Assembly (NCBI GenBank): GCA_046753765.1
Contig: JBHHUN010000002.1
Span: 1,570 to 65,569 of the forward strand
Direction of reading: 5' to 3'
DNA length: 64,000 nucleotides
Source: Candidatus Dojkabacteria bacterium
GTDB taxonomy: Bacteria > Patescibacteriota > Dojkabacteria > B142 > OLB20
In this document: positions 38,163 to 49,571 of the stretch, in pieces
How the letters are laid out: every line of letters begins with the position of its first letter
Position numbering within the stretch: the stretch's first letter is position 1
The notes under the pieces: model-generated
Databases searched by the model: none
Told to the model about the DNA's origin: nothing
Seen by the model: the letters and a program-made list of their open reading frames with translations, nothing else
Translations under genes and position numbers: made by a program

Positions 38163-39900
38163 TCTTCCAGGCCTTGAACGCTTTGACTACAGTATCTTGT
38201 TGAAATAACCCTGAGGAGAACGCTTTGTCTGATCCCAGGAGCTCTTCAAATCTATTCGATTTTGATCTCATCCACCTGGCCTCGGGTGTTGTAAATCCAA
38301 TTTTTTTTCTTCTTGATCTAATTGATTCTGGCATAAGGCCCTTCATTGCATTCCGGTAAACAAAGCGATTCCAACCATGTTTTATCTTTTGATCAGCAGG
38401 AAGACCAAGGACATATTCTACAAACTTGTGATCAAGGAGGGGTACTCTGGTTTCAATCGAAAACGCCATCGCATTTCTGTCTTCGTACCTCAGAATATTT
38501 GGAACACTGTATGAGCTTACATCCTTCCAAAGCCTCATGTTCAGATTTGATTCTTGATTGTAGGTAAAATTTCTTTTTTCGAAAGCACCCTTTTCGAGAA
38601 ACTGCCCCATGCTCAGAGCATTATTCCTGCTAAGCTTCGCTTGAAGCACTCTTTTGAAGAATGGAAAATATAGATCCGCCCCTCGTAGTAGCTCGTAGAG
38701 TCCTCGAAGACCTCTTCCGGCAGGAAGTGCAGTTTTAAAGTACGATGCAAAGTAAGGTATGTAACCTGCAAAAAGCTCATCGCCACCCTGACCTGATAAT
38801 ATGACTTTTATGTACTTGTGAGCTTCTCGCATTACACTGTAACTTGCGTATGGTGCTGACGAAATAGTAGGCTCTTCCTGAGTATAGATCCAATCATTAA
38901 TCTCGCTCCAGAACCCTTCAACGGTCGGCTCAACAATGTGTTTCTCTGCGCCAGTATACTGGATAGCCTCGTCAATATATCTGCTTTCATCGATGGGGTC
39001 ACCTGGGTATACTGCCGAAAAAGTTAGAAGCCCTTTGGTGTGCAAATCCTGGCCATCATCACGGAGTTTCTTCGTCATCGAGAGAACGCCGGTGGAGTCC
39101 AAACCCCCGGAGAGGGACACGGCGATCGGAACATCAGAGATGAGGTGTAACTTCATCGTTTCTTCAAATATCTCTCTGAGTTCGTCAGCGTACACAGAAT
39201 CTTTTTTGGTGCTTTTAAACGACGTATTTACCTCTGGCTTCCAATAGCTTTCGAGTCGCTCAATCTTTCTATTAGAGTTTACTACCATGAGGTGACTTGG
39301 GGGGAGACGTAAGATGCCCGAAAAAAAGGTTTCAGGCCTGTGATCGTGAATGCGGAATCTCAGATATTCACTCAGTACTTCTCTATTTACTTTTGGCGAA
39401 ATATACCCAGTTTTCAAAAGAGCCTTTATCTCCGATGCAAAAAAGATCCCGTGGCTGTTGTTAAAGTAGTACAGGGGCTTTATTCCAAGCCTGTCTCTTG
39501 CAATAAATAGTCTATTGCGTTTGAGGTCATAGATAATAAAAGCAAACATACCCCTGAGTCTTTTTACAACATCAATACCCCACTCTTCGTACCCGTGCAC
39601 TACAGTCTCTGTATCACTGTGGTCAGTACTGAACTTGTGACCAAGCTGTTCGAGTTGTTTCCACAGCTTCTGGTAGTTGTATATTTCGCCGTTAAATACG
39701 ATAGCAACTGTCTTATCCTCATTCCAGATAGGTTGCCATCCGTCTTCTGGGTCGATAATAGCGAGCCTGCGCATCCCAATTGAGAACTTCTGGTCCGTAT
39801 GGATGCCTTCACCATCAGGTCCGCGATGAATTATCTCTCCGAGCTGTTTCTGGAGCAGTTTGTCGTCTTGTTTTGCCGCAAATCCTACTATTCCACACAT
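38077..39900 (-). CDS. asnB: Asparagine synthase (glutamine-hydrolysing)/amidotransferase
   Basis: Ntn start MCGI at 39900; HRGPD, FNGEIYN, LSGGLDS, SGQGGDE, ETRVP. Confidence 0.93.
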   Translation of the reverse strand: MCGIVGFAAKQDDKLLQKQLGEIIHRGPDGEGIHTDQKFSIGMRRLAIIDPEDGWQPIWNEDKTVAIVFNGEIYNYQKLWKQLEQLGHKFSTDHSDTETVVHGYEEWGIDVVKRLRGMFAFIIYDLKRNRLFIARDRLGIKPLYYFNNSHGIFFASEIKALLKTGYISPKVNREVLSEYLRFRIHDHRPETFFSGILRLPPSHLMVVNSNRKIERLESYWKPEVNTSFKSTKKDSVYADELREIFEETMKLHLISDVPIAVSLSGGLDSTGVLSMTKKLRDDGQDLHTKGLLTFSAVYPGDPIDESRYIDEAIQYTGAEKHIVEPTVEGFWSEINDWIYTQEEPTISSAPYASYSVMREAHKYIKVILSGQGGDELFAGYIPYFASYFKTALPAGRGLRGLYELLRGADLYFPFFKRVLQAKLSRNNALSMGQFLEKGAFEKRNFTYNQESNLNMRLWKDVSSYSVPNILRYEDRNAMAFSIETRVPLLDHKFVEYVLGLPADQKIKHGWNRFVYRNAMKGLMPESIRSRRKKIGFTTPEARWMRSKSNRFEELLGSDKAFSSGLFQQDTVVKAFKAWKSGKINGDAMVFWRILNTELWMRKFNITL

Positions 39901-39927
39901 ACTGGTCATAATAGCATAAATGAAGCC

Positions 39928-40863
39928 CCGCACAATTCTAATTAAAAATCCGACAGTCTCTTTTAAAAACTAGAGGCGGTTTCATACCAAGACTCATATG
40001 AGGTCTTGTATTGTGATACTTGTAAAGAAATCTCTCTACCCTCATGTTACACGATTTCAGGTCATCCTGTTTATATCTCTTCCATCCCAAACACTCTTTT
40101 CTCAATGTTCTGTTAAAACTCTCAATAAATGACTGCTCATTCTTCTTGTATGGTCTCGCTATTCTATGTCGTTTGCAGTAGCTTGTAACGTTCTGTTTAA
40201 ACCGATCTTTGAACTCACTACCTCCATCTGTTTGTATCATCTCAGAATAGCTGTTAAATCTTCTAGGCATACTCCTTCGAAGAAATCTGTAACCATATTC
40301 TGCTGTAAGTCTTGGCGCTAGATACACATCTACTTCTCTGGTGAATATATCCACTCCAGTAAATGCGAATAATTCTCCAAAGTCCACTGCATCCATTTGT
40401 ACTACCTCTCTTGGCTTAGTAGCTTCTGGGACATGTCCTCTTGGTTGGTTCTTTTTCCATTTACTGCGTATTACGTACTTCTCATGTAAGGCAATGTAGA
40501 TTGTTGATACTGCAATCTTGTAACCATATCTTTCTCTGAGATAGTACTGAATCTTTTGCCCACAACATTCGTTTTCATTCTCTCTGATATCCCATATTCT
40601 TCTCTTGAGTACTGGGTCTAGTTGTCTCTTCCTCCTTTTACCTTTTTTAGCATTCATGTAGTTCTCAAGATACTTATTCAGTCCAATCTCTTCTATTCCT
40701 TTTATCCAGAGATGTACTGTTTCTCTGTGCTTACCTAAATGTTTTGCAATATGGGTTTTAGGCATCCCCCCTTCGTACAGCTCCCACGCTGTGATTATTC
40801 TTGTTGTGTTTTCCATAGTGTCCATATTTTACATGGACTGTCGGATTTTTAATCGGACATTGC
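39928..40863 (-). mobile_element. Insertion sequence (single-ORF DDE, IS481/IS3-like)
   Basis: Perfect 18-bp IRs ATTAAAAATCCGACAGTC at 39941-39958 and 40836-40853; flanking GAAGCC repeats at 39922 and 40864 (possible TSD; exact ends uncertain). Confidence 0.85.
39938..40825 (-). CDS. Transposase, integrase-core DDE domain
   Basis: N-terminal HTH; QMD, QTDGGSEF, IESFNRTL, YHNTRPHMSL. Confidence 0.93.
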   Translation of the reverse strand: MDTMENTTRIITAWELYEGGMPKTHIAKHLGKHRETVHLWIKGIEEIGLNKYLENYMNAKKGKRRKRQLDPVLKRRIWDIRENENECCGQKIQYYLRERYGYKIAVSTIYIALHEKYVIRSKWKKNQPRGHVPEATKPREVVQMDAVDFGELFAFTGVDIFTREVDVYLAPRLTAEYGYRFLRRSMPRRFNSYSEMIQTDGGSEFKDRFKQNVTSYCKRHRIARPYKKNEQSFIESFNRTLRKECLGWKRYKQDDLKSCNMRVERFLYKYHNTRPHMSLGMKPPLVFKRDCRIFN

Positions 40864-40869
40864 GAAGCC

Positions 40870-41063
40870 TTTACATTTGATATATATGTGCGCTATACTA
40901 GCGACATGAGAGATGAATACTATCATCACAACCAATCGCTTCCAGTCACTATTTGCGCCGATACAGGCGTTAAATGCGGTTTTGTCCTAAATATGGAGGC
41001 TGTTTGGTAATCTTCTCATTAATTTTGACCAGGTGAGCCTCCGAAGCGGAGGTTTTTTATTTT
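40870..41063 (+). promoter_or_regulatory. Promoter plus uORF/terminator attenuator upstream of MFS gene
   Basis: TTTACA-N18-TATACT; uORFs 40906-41010 and 40913-40990; terminator AGCCTCCG-AAG-CGGAGGTT-U tract; competing GGAGGCT at 40995. Confidence 0.65.
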
Positions 41064-41172
41064 CCTGGCGCACTTTCTCCAATACCCTTTCACTCCCTCT
41101 TCGGAAGTTTTCCTGGCTCAAACAGCCGGATCAGTTTGAGCTGGTTCTTAAACAATCAAAAAGGAGATAACA

Positions 41173-42336
41173 ATGGATTTCAAGAAATACAGCAGAAGAT
41201 ACATAGTACTCAAAGCCCTGCAGGGGAGCATGCTCGGATGGTCAAGTGCTACCTACGCGTTTTTTTTGTTGCAGCATGGGTACCAGTTGCATCATCTAAC
41301 GATGGTGAATATGGTTTTCATGTCCCTCGGCTCAGTGATTGACCCCTGGACCGGAAAGTTAGCTGACATGGTTGGGCAGAAGAAGGTGTTCCTGTTCGGG
41401 ATAGTTTTCTGGGGGCTGGGAACCTTCACCTATTTTCTAGCCAACAATCTGCCTGGTTTTATGCTGGCAGAATCAATTGCTGCACTTGCCTATGCACTCA
41501 ACTCACAGAGCTTAGAGTCGTGGCTGCAGAACCTGTTTCCCGAAAGGGCTCAGGAGCTACCGGTCGTCAGGGCGAGGGCTGGTTGGGCAAGCAAGATCGG
41601 GATTATTCCGGCTGCAATAGCGGGGAGTTTGATCGGATCGCAGTACGGCTTCGAATGGCCCTGGCTGATGGAGGCGATTTCGGCATTGGTCTTATTAGGG
41701 GTAGCAATCGTTATGCTGCGGAACCTTACTGAATCCTACAATCACAGTGAATCTGAGAAGGTCAGTGTGATAGAGGCGGTCAAAGTGACTGCACACAACA
41801 AAGCACTACGACTTTCGACACTGTTTGTGTTTGTGACGTTCTTCACTTTCCAGTCATTCAACATGTTCTGGAGTGAGATCTTTCGTCAAGCCAGTAGCGG
41901 AAGCTCTTGGTGGCAAGGATTTGTATGGATCGGAATCGCCATTGCGATTGCTATAGGTTCGTACGCGAGCGGAAAAGCCAAAGTAGTGAGTGGTCAACAC
42001 TTAGCGCTAATTGCCGGGAGTTCTGGATTGGCCATGCTGTTTGCCTCGGCTTTGAATTCAAACGTGTTGCTGCTAGTTTTGTTTTTCGTTCTCCACGAAA
42101 TTCCCCGTGGGGCCATTGAAAACGTGATGTTCACGTACTCAAATACCCACATCAAACCTCACAACAGATCCACGATGAACTCTGTGCGGTCTGGAGCCGG
42201 CAGGCTCGGGGGTGCATTTGGTCTAGCAGTCTTTGGAGCTCTCCTTTTCTTTGAGATAACCGATCCAATTGGGACCTGGGTCATTTCCTCGATAATACTT
42301 CTCGTTCTCGCTAGCTGGATGAAGCTGCGGGCGTGA
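41173..42336 (+). CDS. MFS transporter
   Basis: Motif A TGKLADMVGQK; about 12 TM; RSTMNS. Confidence 0.9.
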   Translation: MDFKKYSRRYIVLKALQGSMLGWSSATYAFFLLQHGYQLHHLTMVNMVFMSLGSVIDPWTGKLADMVGQKKVFLFGIVFWGLGTFTYFLANNLPGFMLAESIAALAYALNSQSLESWLQNLFPERAQELPVVRARAGWASKIGIIPAAIAGSLIGSQYGFEWPWLMEAISALVLLGVAIVMLRNLTESYNHSESEKVSVIEAVKVTAHNKALRLSTLFVFVTFFTFQSFNMFWSEIFRQASSGSSWWQGFVWIGIAIAIAIGSYASGKAKVVSGQHLALIAGSSGLAMLFASALNSNVLLLVLFFVLHEIPRGAIENVMFTYSNTHIKPHNRSTMNSVRSGAGRLGGAFGLAVFGALLFFEITDPIGTWVISSIILLVLASWMKLRA

Positions 42337-42407
42337 AGAACAATCCGGCACTCGCGGGTGCAGCTCAATCTACCGATTAGCTGCACCTGCTCTTCCTATC
42401 AAAGGTG

Positions 42408-44003
42408 CTATAACAGTACTAGAGTTCCTGTGACCACTTGTGCTCCTTCTACCTCGGGATCTTCATCTTCTTCCTCATCGTCTTTTTTGACATCTTCATC
42501 CTCGTTGATTCCATCGTTGTCGTCTACGTCGTCAGTTACGTCGTTATCGTCGTTTTTATCTTTGTCATCATTCATTCCATCCCCATCTTCGTCGTTGCTA
42601 ATTCTGTCATCACCAACGTTATCGTTGTCGATATTTTCGTCTTCGAGCAATAGTTTGGCCATTGAGACTAGTTGCTTTGCCTGCTCTGCCGTATCGTCAG
42701 CCAGGAATAGATTAGTGTCTACTAAGCCTTTAGCCTCCTCTATTTTTGACTTTGCTTGCGCGAGCAACGACTCGACCTCAGTAGTATCCCACCCTGCCTC
42801 AAGAAGTTTATCCTCAAGGTCCTTAATCTTTCCTTCAACGTCCGAAATAAAGTCTAACAGGTGTTCTCCATCTTCTGATGGAAGTTCTGCGTTTCGTTCG
42901 ATCGTCCTCTGCGCATCTTTAGCCATATCTTCTGCAACTTTCGCAGTAATCTTTGCATCTACGTAGCTTTCTGCGCTAAACAGGGTCTCTGCTACTGCAA
43001 TCTTATCCCTGGCAATAGCAATTATCTGTTCTACTTGTGCTCTCAATTCGGGCGTAAGGTCAGTGTCTGCAGCTAACATTGATTCCGCATCAGCAAGTTC
43101 GGACTTTGCTTCGTCGATCTCTTCTTGTGCTTCGATAATAACGTTCTCTTCGTCCAGCTCTCCCATCGACATGATGTCACGAGCGATACTCGAGAGGTTC
43201 CTAGATTGTTTTGCATACAGGTACGCCCTTTCAAGATCTCCACTTGAGTAATACGTATTTGCAGTATCAAGAGAGTCTTGTGCAAGACTTATAAAGTTTT
43301 CAATCTCGCTTATCGTAGGCGCATCAAGTATCAGTCTGTAGAGCTCTAGTTTAGCTCTAGTTCGTACCAAGTCCGACGCTGCCTTGTCTAGTAAGATCTG
43401 AGCCTTCGATTCAACGACAGGTTTCAGGTCTGGATCACTACTACCTCCAATATCAACAATCAGTAAGCCAATAATTTTATCCCCAATCTCAATCGTACCA
43501 GCTAATGATCCTTCGAGCTCCGCCCTTATCTCTGGATCGGGATTGTCAGCGAGTGCCGCAAGTCTGGCCTCCACATCGAAAGCCAGGTCAGCAAATTCGC
43601 TCACAAGGTCAAGAAGGCCCTGCTTGTTAGGGTCTTCGTCTGAGAGTAGGTTTATCAGTTCCTCTGCCTTTTGTAAATCGGCATGGAATTCCGCAAGAAG
43701 AGTTTGTATGGATTTGATATCGTCGTCCGAATCCTGAGCATACACTTTTCCAACTAGTGCAACCGAGGATGATGGATTAAGAATTGCTTCTAGCTCTGTA
43801 ATACGCTCGTCTGCGTGAGCAATATATAACTTCGCCTGAGCGGCCTTATCAGAATTCAGTGAAAACTGAAAATCCTCAAGTGACCTATCAAGGGAATACA
43901 GGGCGTCTCCAGGCTTTGATCCGTCAGCCATAAATAAAACCAAAACTAACAGCCCAATCAAGGCTATTACTATTACCGATCCTATTACTAATTTTTTACC
44001 CAT
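42408..44003 (-). CDS. Membrane-anchored acidic helical protein (DUF5667-like)
   Basis: TM then SKPGDALYSLDR...ERITE; coiled repeats; Asp-rich tail. Confidence 0.7.
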   Translation of the reverse strand: MGKKLVIGSVIVIALIGLLVLVLFMADGSKPGDALYSLDRSLEDFQFSLNSDKAAQAKLYIAHADERITELEAILNPSSSVALVGKVYAQDSDDDIKSIQTLLAEFHADLQKAEELINLLSDEDPNKQGLLDLVSEFADLAFDVEARLAALADNPDPEIRAELEGSLAGTIEIGDKIIGLLIVDIGGSSDPDLKPVVESKAQILLDKAASDLVRTRAKLELYRLILDAPTISEIENFISLAQDSLDTANTYYSSGDLERAYLYAKQSRNLSSIARDIMSMGELDEENVIIEAQEEIDEAKSELADAESMLAADTDLTPELRAQVEQIIAIARDKIAVAETLFSAESYVDAKITAKVAEDMAKDAQRTIERNAELPSEDGEHLLDFISDVEGKIKDLEDKLLEAGWDTTEVESLLAQAKSKIEEAKGLVDTNLFLADDTAEQAKQLVSMAKLLLEDENIDNDNVGDDRISNDEDGDGMNDDKDKNDDNDVTDDVDDNDGINEDEDVKKDDEEEDEDPEVEGAQVVTGTLVLL

Positions 44004-44085
44004 GAGGATAACTCGTATAAAATAATATACTAAAAGACTACAGAAAGTATCTTACGAATGCAAGGCAGACTGCTGATTCACTAGA

Positions 44086-47000
44086 CTAGCCACATTTACT
44101 GTAACCACAACCTCTGCATAAAATGCAGCCTTCTGCGTATTCAAGGTCGCCTGAACACTCGGGGCACTCTAACAGGTCGCCGTATGTATTTACCTTTGTG
44201 TACCCGTCAGCTTTCTCTTCCGGTGTAGGCGCAAGACTCGCTACTGCCTTCGACTCCACGATAATCTCTTCTTCAACCCTAACCTCTTCAGCACTTTGCT
44301 CAGGTACTACTTCCTCAATCTTCTCTTCAACCGCCAAAGTATCAATAAGTTCCTCGAGGCTTTCTCTGGATAGATCTTCACCTCCTCCAGTGCTCACGAC
44401 CTTTTCAGGTTCCTCTTCTTTATCAGCTTTCACGACTTTTTCATCGTCACCAAGTAGACTAATCTGGTTTTTCATTTCGTCAAGATGTCTTTTCATGATC
44501 TTAGCTACAGCATCCGGAACTGAGTAAACTATCATCCCTTTATTCATTGTTGGGGCAGATGTTCTTATACCCTGAAGTTGCTTAATCACCACTTCGGGCT
44601 TGATTCCTGACCGCAGAGACGTTGTCACAAGCCTGCCAATAGCTTCTGTATAGCCAGCCGTGAAGCTTCCGCTCTTACCAAGATTCAAAAACACTTCAAA
44701 CATACCCTTTTCGTCCTCATTGATAGTAATATAAAGATCTCCCTGTTCTGTCTTCACTTCATATGTAAAGCCCTTGATAACATCCCTCCTGCCTCTTGGT
44801 TCAAGCGCATTTCTAACTGCAACCTCGACTTGCCCATGAACTCTCTCGGTTTCGGTCTTTTGTTCTGCCTGAGGCTCAGTCTTTTCATCTTTCGTACCAA
44901 CCTGAAGTGCAGGGTCCTTAGATCCGTCTCTGAAGACAGTGATTCCTTTGCAGTCGAGCTCGTACGCTAGCTGGTACACTCTCGCAATATCCTGCCATGT
45001 AGCATTATTAGGGAGGTTTATTGTTTTTGAAACTGCACTGTCGACGTATTTCTGAAAAGCAGACTGAATTCGAACGTGATCTTCAGGGTCAATTTCATGC
45101 GTTGTACTGAATATCTCTAAAACATCATCGGGGATCTCAAATTCATCTTTGATCTCATGAAGGTGTGACCCTCCAGCCACAACCTCAATCAACTTCTTAG
45201 AATGGAAACCTCTAGCTTTTGCAACAGTTTCAAATAGATGATCTACCACCATCTGATCAGACCCTCCCATAGAGTTTTTTCTGCGATATCCCAAGGCAAA
45301 AACAGGCTCGATTCCAGGATTTGAGTTGGCCACAATCGAGATAGTTCCTGTTGGGGCGATTGTCGTGACCCTAGTGTTACGCATAAATTCTATACCATTT
45401 GCATACCAAGTAGACTTTTCGAATGCAGGAAAATTACCTTTTTCACGACCAAGTTCTTGTGAAGCTTTGTGAGCCTCGTTTTGTACCACCCCCATGACCT
45501 GTTCGGCCAGATTAATAGATTCGTCACTACCATACTTAATTCCCAATTTTATGAGTAGATCAGCAAACCCCATGACTCCAACACCTATATTGCGCGTTTT
45601 TTGTGTCATCTCCTCTATCTCCTTGATTGGATAGTTATTCATATCAATGATATTATCCAGAAACCTTACTGCAGTCACTGTAACCTCTCTAAGCCGGTCC
45701 CAATCTATAAGTTCTGTCTTTCTTTCGAGGTCCCAATTTCGAACTTTTTCATCTGCTGCGTAAGGGAACCCCTTAACCATCTTCGCTAGATTGATATGTC
45801 CCATATTGCATGTTTCGAAGGGGATGAGAGGTTGCTCACCACATGGATTTGTTGCATCCATGGTTCCAAGCTCTGGTGTGGTATTTGAACGCTCTGCACT
45901 GTCTACAAAGTATAACCCCGGATCACCACTCTTCCAGGCGTGCCTTGCTATCTTTTCAAACAACTCACGAGCTTTTAATGTCTTGTAGGTCTTTCCGTCA
46001 TTTGGGTCAATCAGGTTCCAATCTTCATCATTCTTTACAGCCTTCATAAATTCATCGTTGGCACCGACCGAGATGTTGTAGTGTGTTATTGAAACAAGAT
46101 CATCCTTACATTCAAGAAACTCCTCTATGTTGGGGTGGCTTGCGTTTAAAATGGCCATCGAACCAAGTCCCCTGCCCCCTCTACCGCGAATTGTATCTTG
46201 CGCACGGTTATACATGCGTAGATACTCAACAGGACCTGCAGCGTGTTCGCCAGTAGTTTTAACAATTGACATTGATGATCTAAGCTTGGAGAAGTTAAAA
46301 CCTGTGCCAACCCCTCTGCGCAAACACTGTATGTTCCAATTTAAGGTTTGAAAGATTGAGTCTATCGAATCCTCAACCGGTAAAACCAAGCACTTGGACA
46401 TAATAGTTTCCTCGCCCATTCCTGCCCATAGAAGCGTGCCACCACAGTAAAACTCTCCTGTGCTCATCAGATGATAGAATTCCTGTGCAACCTGTTCTCT
46501 TAGTTCTGGTCTTTCAGCCTGAGCGACTTTTGCAGCTATTCGAGTCCACAACTCGTCAGGAGTTTCAATAACGTTGCCGGATTTGTCTTTGGAGAGTGCA
46601 CGTTTTTCCAGTACCTGGAGAGCGTTAGGAGTGACTTCATGCTTTTCGGTGTTACATGAAGTCACAACGAATTTTGAAAAGACTTTTTGTAGTGCGAGAG
46701 TACGGTGGTGGTTCTTAGAGAATTCATCTTCAGTCGGAGCTACAATGTGCTCACCTATACTATCATGAACAAAAATAAATTTATAATCGTTCTGACTGGA
46801 TGTAACTAACTTCCCCGGAAGCTTGCTAAGAGCTGTCACAATCCTTTTAGTTTTAGGATTATAGATACACACCGCAGTAGTTAGGGTAGCAGGTAATCCG
46901 TTACTACCGGATACGCTCTTCACCGTTTTAAACAACTCCTGCGAGTAATCTCCAGATTTACCAAAATACTCAACGACAACTTGGGCTTTCGAGATTCCAA

Positions 47001-49092
47001 CTTCGCCTGTTAAGAAACCTGTCTCTTCAGCAATTGCAATCTTATTTAAACGGTTCGCCACCAGCTTCGCTTTCGAGATAGCTCCTTCTCTGAGTTTGCT
47101 TTCGGATAATTTCCAATCCTTATCTTCATTGGTGAAACTTTCAATCTCCTCTTTGACTGCTGTGAAGTCTGTTTGTTCATTTATAAAAGCACTTATCTCT
47201 TTGCTCTTCTTGGCGTCAGAGGTTGCAATCACTACCTCCATGCCCTGCACCTCTGACTGTTCGTCAAGAGTTTGCCCGGCCGCAACAGACTTTCTCTTTG
47301 AGTTTTCAATAACTTGATACTGCTTGCTTCCGTCACGGTAGATTGTTATTCCCTTACATCCTGTTTCCCAAGCTTGAATGTAAGCCTTTTTGACATCATC
47401 TTTCGTTGCTTCATGTGCCAAATTGATCGTTTTCGAAACAGCCGCATCGACATTTTCCTGTGCTGCAGCCTGCATTTTGACGTGCCACTCGGGAGCAATA
47501 TCATGGGTTGTAACAAAAAGCTTCTTAGCTTCTTCAGGAACCTCTTTTAAACCACACAGTGATCCTTTGTTGTCAGCTATCTTTTCCATTAATTCTTCAG
47601 TATAGAAGTCCTTGCTCTTTGCGTACTCCTCAAACTGTGGAGTCACATAGAGTAGAGACTTCCTTTCATTGGAGCTCTTTCCGTCATCCTGATAAAAAAC
47701 CGAATGCCGGTAAACAAGGGCAAATACAGGCTCGATTCCACTAGAACAATCAGCTATTAAGCTTAGCGTTCCTGTTGGGGCAATCGAAGTCACTGTAGCA
47801 TTACGTAGACTTTTTCCTAGTTTATCCCATTTGCTTCCCTTAAACTCAGGGAACAGTCCACGTTCTGTGCCAAGTCTCGCTGATTCTACAAGAGACTCTT
47901 CCTCAATAAATTTGACTATCTTTCTCGCCAAGTCAGTTCCTTCTTCAGAGTTATACGCGACTCCCAGTTTAAAAAGCATTGTCGCAAACCCCACTATCCC
48001 AAGTCCTAGCTTTCTAGTTTTCTCAACTTCAGCTTCAATTTTTCCCAGAGGGAAGTTTGAGAGGTCGATCATATTGTCTAGAAAGTGTGTTGCAAGATGC
48101 ACGGACTTACGAATCTGGTCCCAATCGATTTTATGTCCTGAACCAGTTTTAGTGAGATGGGTAGGCAGGACAATTGAGCCAAGATTACAGGACTCGTATG
48201 CCCTCAAGGGTTCTTCGCCACATGGATTGGTGGCTTCGATTATTCCAAGCTTTTTTGTTGGATTCGCTCTTTCTGACGTGTCGAGAAAAAATAAACCTGG
48301 GTCAGCACATTCCCAGGCTTTTTCGCAAATAAGATCGAACACAGCTCTGGCTCGGAGTTTTTTTACTAGCTTGCCGTTTCTGGGGTTGACAAGGTCGTAC
48401 TCTTTATCATCACGAAGCGCGTGCATAAAGTCATCTGTTATTCCTACTGAAGTATTAAAATTTCTGATAGATGAATCACGGCCCTTTAAATTAATAAATT
48501 CAATGATATCTGGGTGATTAACATTCAAGATCGCCATATTTCCACCACCACGCTTCTTTCCCTGAAGCACCTGGTCAAATGCCTGAGAGTAACTACGAAT
48601 GAAGTGAATTGGTCCTGCTGCGACATTTGGAGTACCGCCAACACTATCGCCTTTTGGCCTTATATGTGAAAAGTTAAAACCAGTGCCTCCGTTGTTTTTT
48701 TGAACGATCGCTGCCTCTTTCATAGTCTGAAAAATTGACTCAAGGTTATCTTCAATCGGCAGCACAAAGCACGAAGACAGTTGACCCGTTCCGTCGGTGT
48801 CGTTGCCTGCTTCGTATAGCACCCTTGCTCCCGGGAGAAACAAGTTACTGGATAGTAGGTCGTAGAATTCTCTGGCGGTTCGCAACACAGCACGTTTCTT
48901 CCTTGCTGGTGCACCCTTTACATACTTGGCGTCTTCACCAGCCATGCTGGCAGCGACCCTCCAGAACATCTCAAGTGGGCCTTCAACTAACTCACCTTTC
49001 TTATCCCTGAGGAAGGACCTTTTTTCCATAATCTTTAGTGAATTCTTCGATACAACTGGAGTGTTTAGATCATCCGGTGGACTTTTTGTCAT
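44086..49092 (-). CDS. nrdJ: Class II (B12) ribonucleotide reductase, tandem architecture RNR-HAM1like-RNR-TSCPD-Zn ribbon
   Basis: Two motif sets ([28 protein letters not shown] and [28 protein letters not shown]); C-terminal CPEC...CRGCGYSKC. Confidence 0.92.
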   Translation of the reverse strand: MTKSPPDDLNTPVVSKNSLKIMEKRSFLRDKKGELVEGPLEMFWRVAASMAGEDAKYVKGAPARKKRAVLRTAREFYDLLSSNLFLPGARVLYEAGNDTDGTGQLSSCFVLPIEDNLESIFQTMKEAAIVQKNNGGTGFNFSHIRPKGDSVGGTPNVAAGPIHFIRSYSQAFDQVLQGKKRGGGNMAILNVNHPDIIEFINLKGRDSSIRNFNTSVGITDDFMHALRDDKEYDLVNPRNGKLVKKLRARAVFDLICEKAWECADPGLFFLDTSERANPTKKLGIIEATNPCGEEPLRAYESCNLGSIVLPTHLTKTGSGHKIDWDQIRKSVHLATHFLDNMIDLSNFPLGKIEAEVEKTRKLGLGIVGFATMLFKLGVAYNSEEGTDLARKIVKFIEEESLVESARLGTERGLFPEFKGSKWDKLGKSLRNATVTSIAPTGTLSLIADCSSGIEPVFALVYRHSVFYQDDGKSSNERKSLLYVTPQFEEYAKSKDFYTEELMEKIADNKGSLCGLKEVPEEAKKLFVTTHDIAPEWHVKMQAAAQENVDAAVSKTINLAHEATKDDVKKAYIQAWETGCKGITIYRDGSKQYQVIENSKRKSVAAGQTLDEQSEVQGMEVVIATSDAKKSKEISAFINEQTDFTAVKEEIESFTNEDKDWKLSESKLREGAISKAKLVANRLNKIAIAEETGFLTGEVGISKAQVVVEYFGKSGDYSQELFKTVKSVSGSNGLPATLTTAVCIYNPKTKRIVTALSKLPGKLVTSSQNDYKFIFVHDSIGEHIVAPTEDEFSKNHHRTLALQKVFSKFVVTSCNTEKHEVTPNALQVLEKRALSKDKSGNVIETPDELWTRIAAKVAQAERPELREQVAQEFYHLMSTGEFYCGGTLLWAGMGEETIMSKCLVLPVEDSIDSIFQTLNWNIQCLRRGVGTGFNFSKLRSSMSIVKTTGEHAAGPVEYLRMYNRAQDTIRGRGGRGLGSMAILNASHPNIEEFLECKDDLVSITHYNISVGANDEFMKAVKNDEDWNLIDPNDGKTYKTLKARELFEKIARHAWKSGDPGLYFVDSAERSNTTPELGTMDATNPCGEQPLIPFETCNMGHINLAKMVKGFPYAADEKVRNWDLERKTELIDWDRLREVTVTAVRFLDNIIDMNNYPIKEIEEMTQKTRNIGVGVMGFADLLIKLGIKYGSDESINLAEQVMGVVQNEAHKASQELGREKGNFPAFEKSTWYANGIEFMRNTRVTTIAPTGTISIVANSNPGIEPVFALGYRRKNSMGGSDQMVVDHLFETVAKARGFHSKKLIEVVAGGSHLHEIKDEFEIPDDVLEIFSTTHEIDPEDHVRIQSAFQKYVDSAVSKTINLPNNATWQDIARVYQLAYELDCKGITVFRDGSKDPALQVGTKDEKTEPQAEQKTETERVHGQVEVAVRNALEPRGRRDVIKGFTYEVKTEQGDLYITINEDEKGMFEVFLNLGKSGSFTAGYTEAIGRLVTTSLRSGIKPEVVIKQLQGIRTSAPTMNKGMIVYSVPDAVAKIMKRHLDEMKNQISLLGDDEKVVKADKEEEPEKVVSTGGGEDLSRESLEELIDTLAVEEKIEEVVPEQSAEEVRVEEEIIVESKAVASLAPTPEEKADGYTKVNTYGDLLECPECSGDLEYAEGCILCRGCGYSKCG

Positions 49093-49109
49093 TTTCAGTG
49101 ATGGTCGTT

Positions 49110-49571
49110 TTAAATATTACCTTTAAGGGATTTTAGAAATTTATCTGCTTTTTCAAACACAAGCATCTCCACTGGCAAAAAAGTGTCAGTATCAAAGTCA
49201 GCAAGTTTTTTCCAGACTATCTCGCTGATCTGCGCGGGGTCGCCAATCTTAATCTTTCCAAACCTGTACCTGCCAATAAAAAACTGCATCAAGCTTTCAA
49301 ACCCGCCTTTCCCAATAAATGCCTGATCAGTAAAAGGGATGGGGCCATCGGCAATTTCAACACCTGTTTGCGCAAACACAAGCTTTGCAACTTGATCCTC
49401 CATTACCTCCCACATCTGTCCGTCAACGTGTGTGAGCTCAGCAGATGGGAATGTGTACTTTCCAGTGTCAGCTTTACGGATCAACAAAAATTCACCACTG
49501 TCATTGATAACGAGTCCTCCGAGAGTTACCGCAAATAGATTGTTTTGGCTCATAATTAATATTCTAACCAA
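49110..49571 (-). CDS. NUDIX-fold protein with degenerate Nudix box
   Basis: [21 protein letters not shown]..., VFAQTGV in place of RE/EETG. Confidence 0.65.
   Translation of the reverse strand: MVRILIMSQNNLFAVTLGGLVINDSGEFLLIRKADTGKYTFPSAELTHVDGQMWEVMEDQVAKLVFAQTGVEIADGPIPFTDQAFIGKGGFESLMQFFIGRYRFGKIKIGDPAQISEIVWKKLADFDTDTFLPVEMLVFEKADKFLKSLKGNI

Noticed and set aside
42358-42966. 202-aa Ser-rich plus-strand ORF
   Set aside because: Antisense shadow of the Asp/Glu-rich protein at 42408-44003
46633-47300. Intein as the explanation for the oversized RNR
   Set aside because: No C/S...HN-C/S/T splice junctions or LAGLIDADG motifs are visible; the extra length is a HAM1-like domain plus a second full RNR core
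47831-48517. 228-aa plus-strand ORF and similar short antisense ORFs across the window
   Set aside because: They lie opposite well-supported genes and carry no motifs
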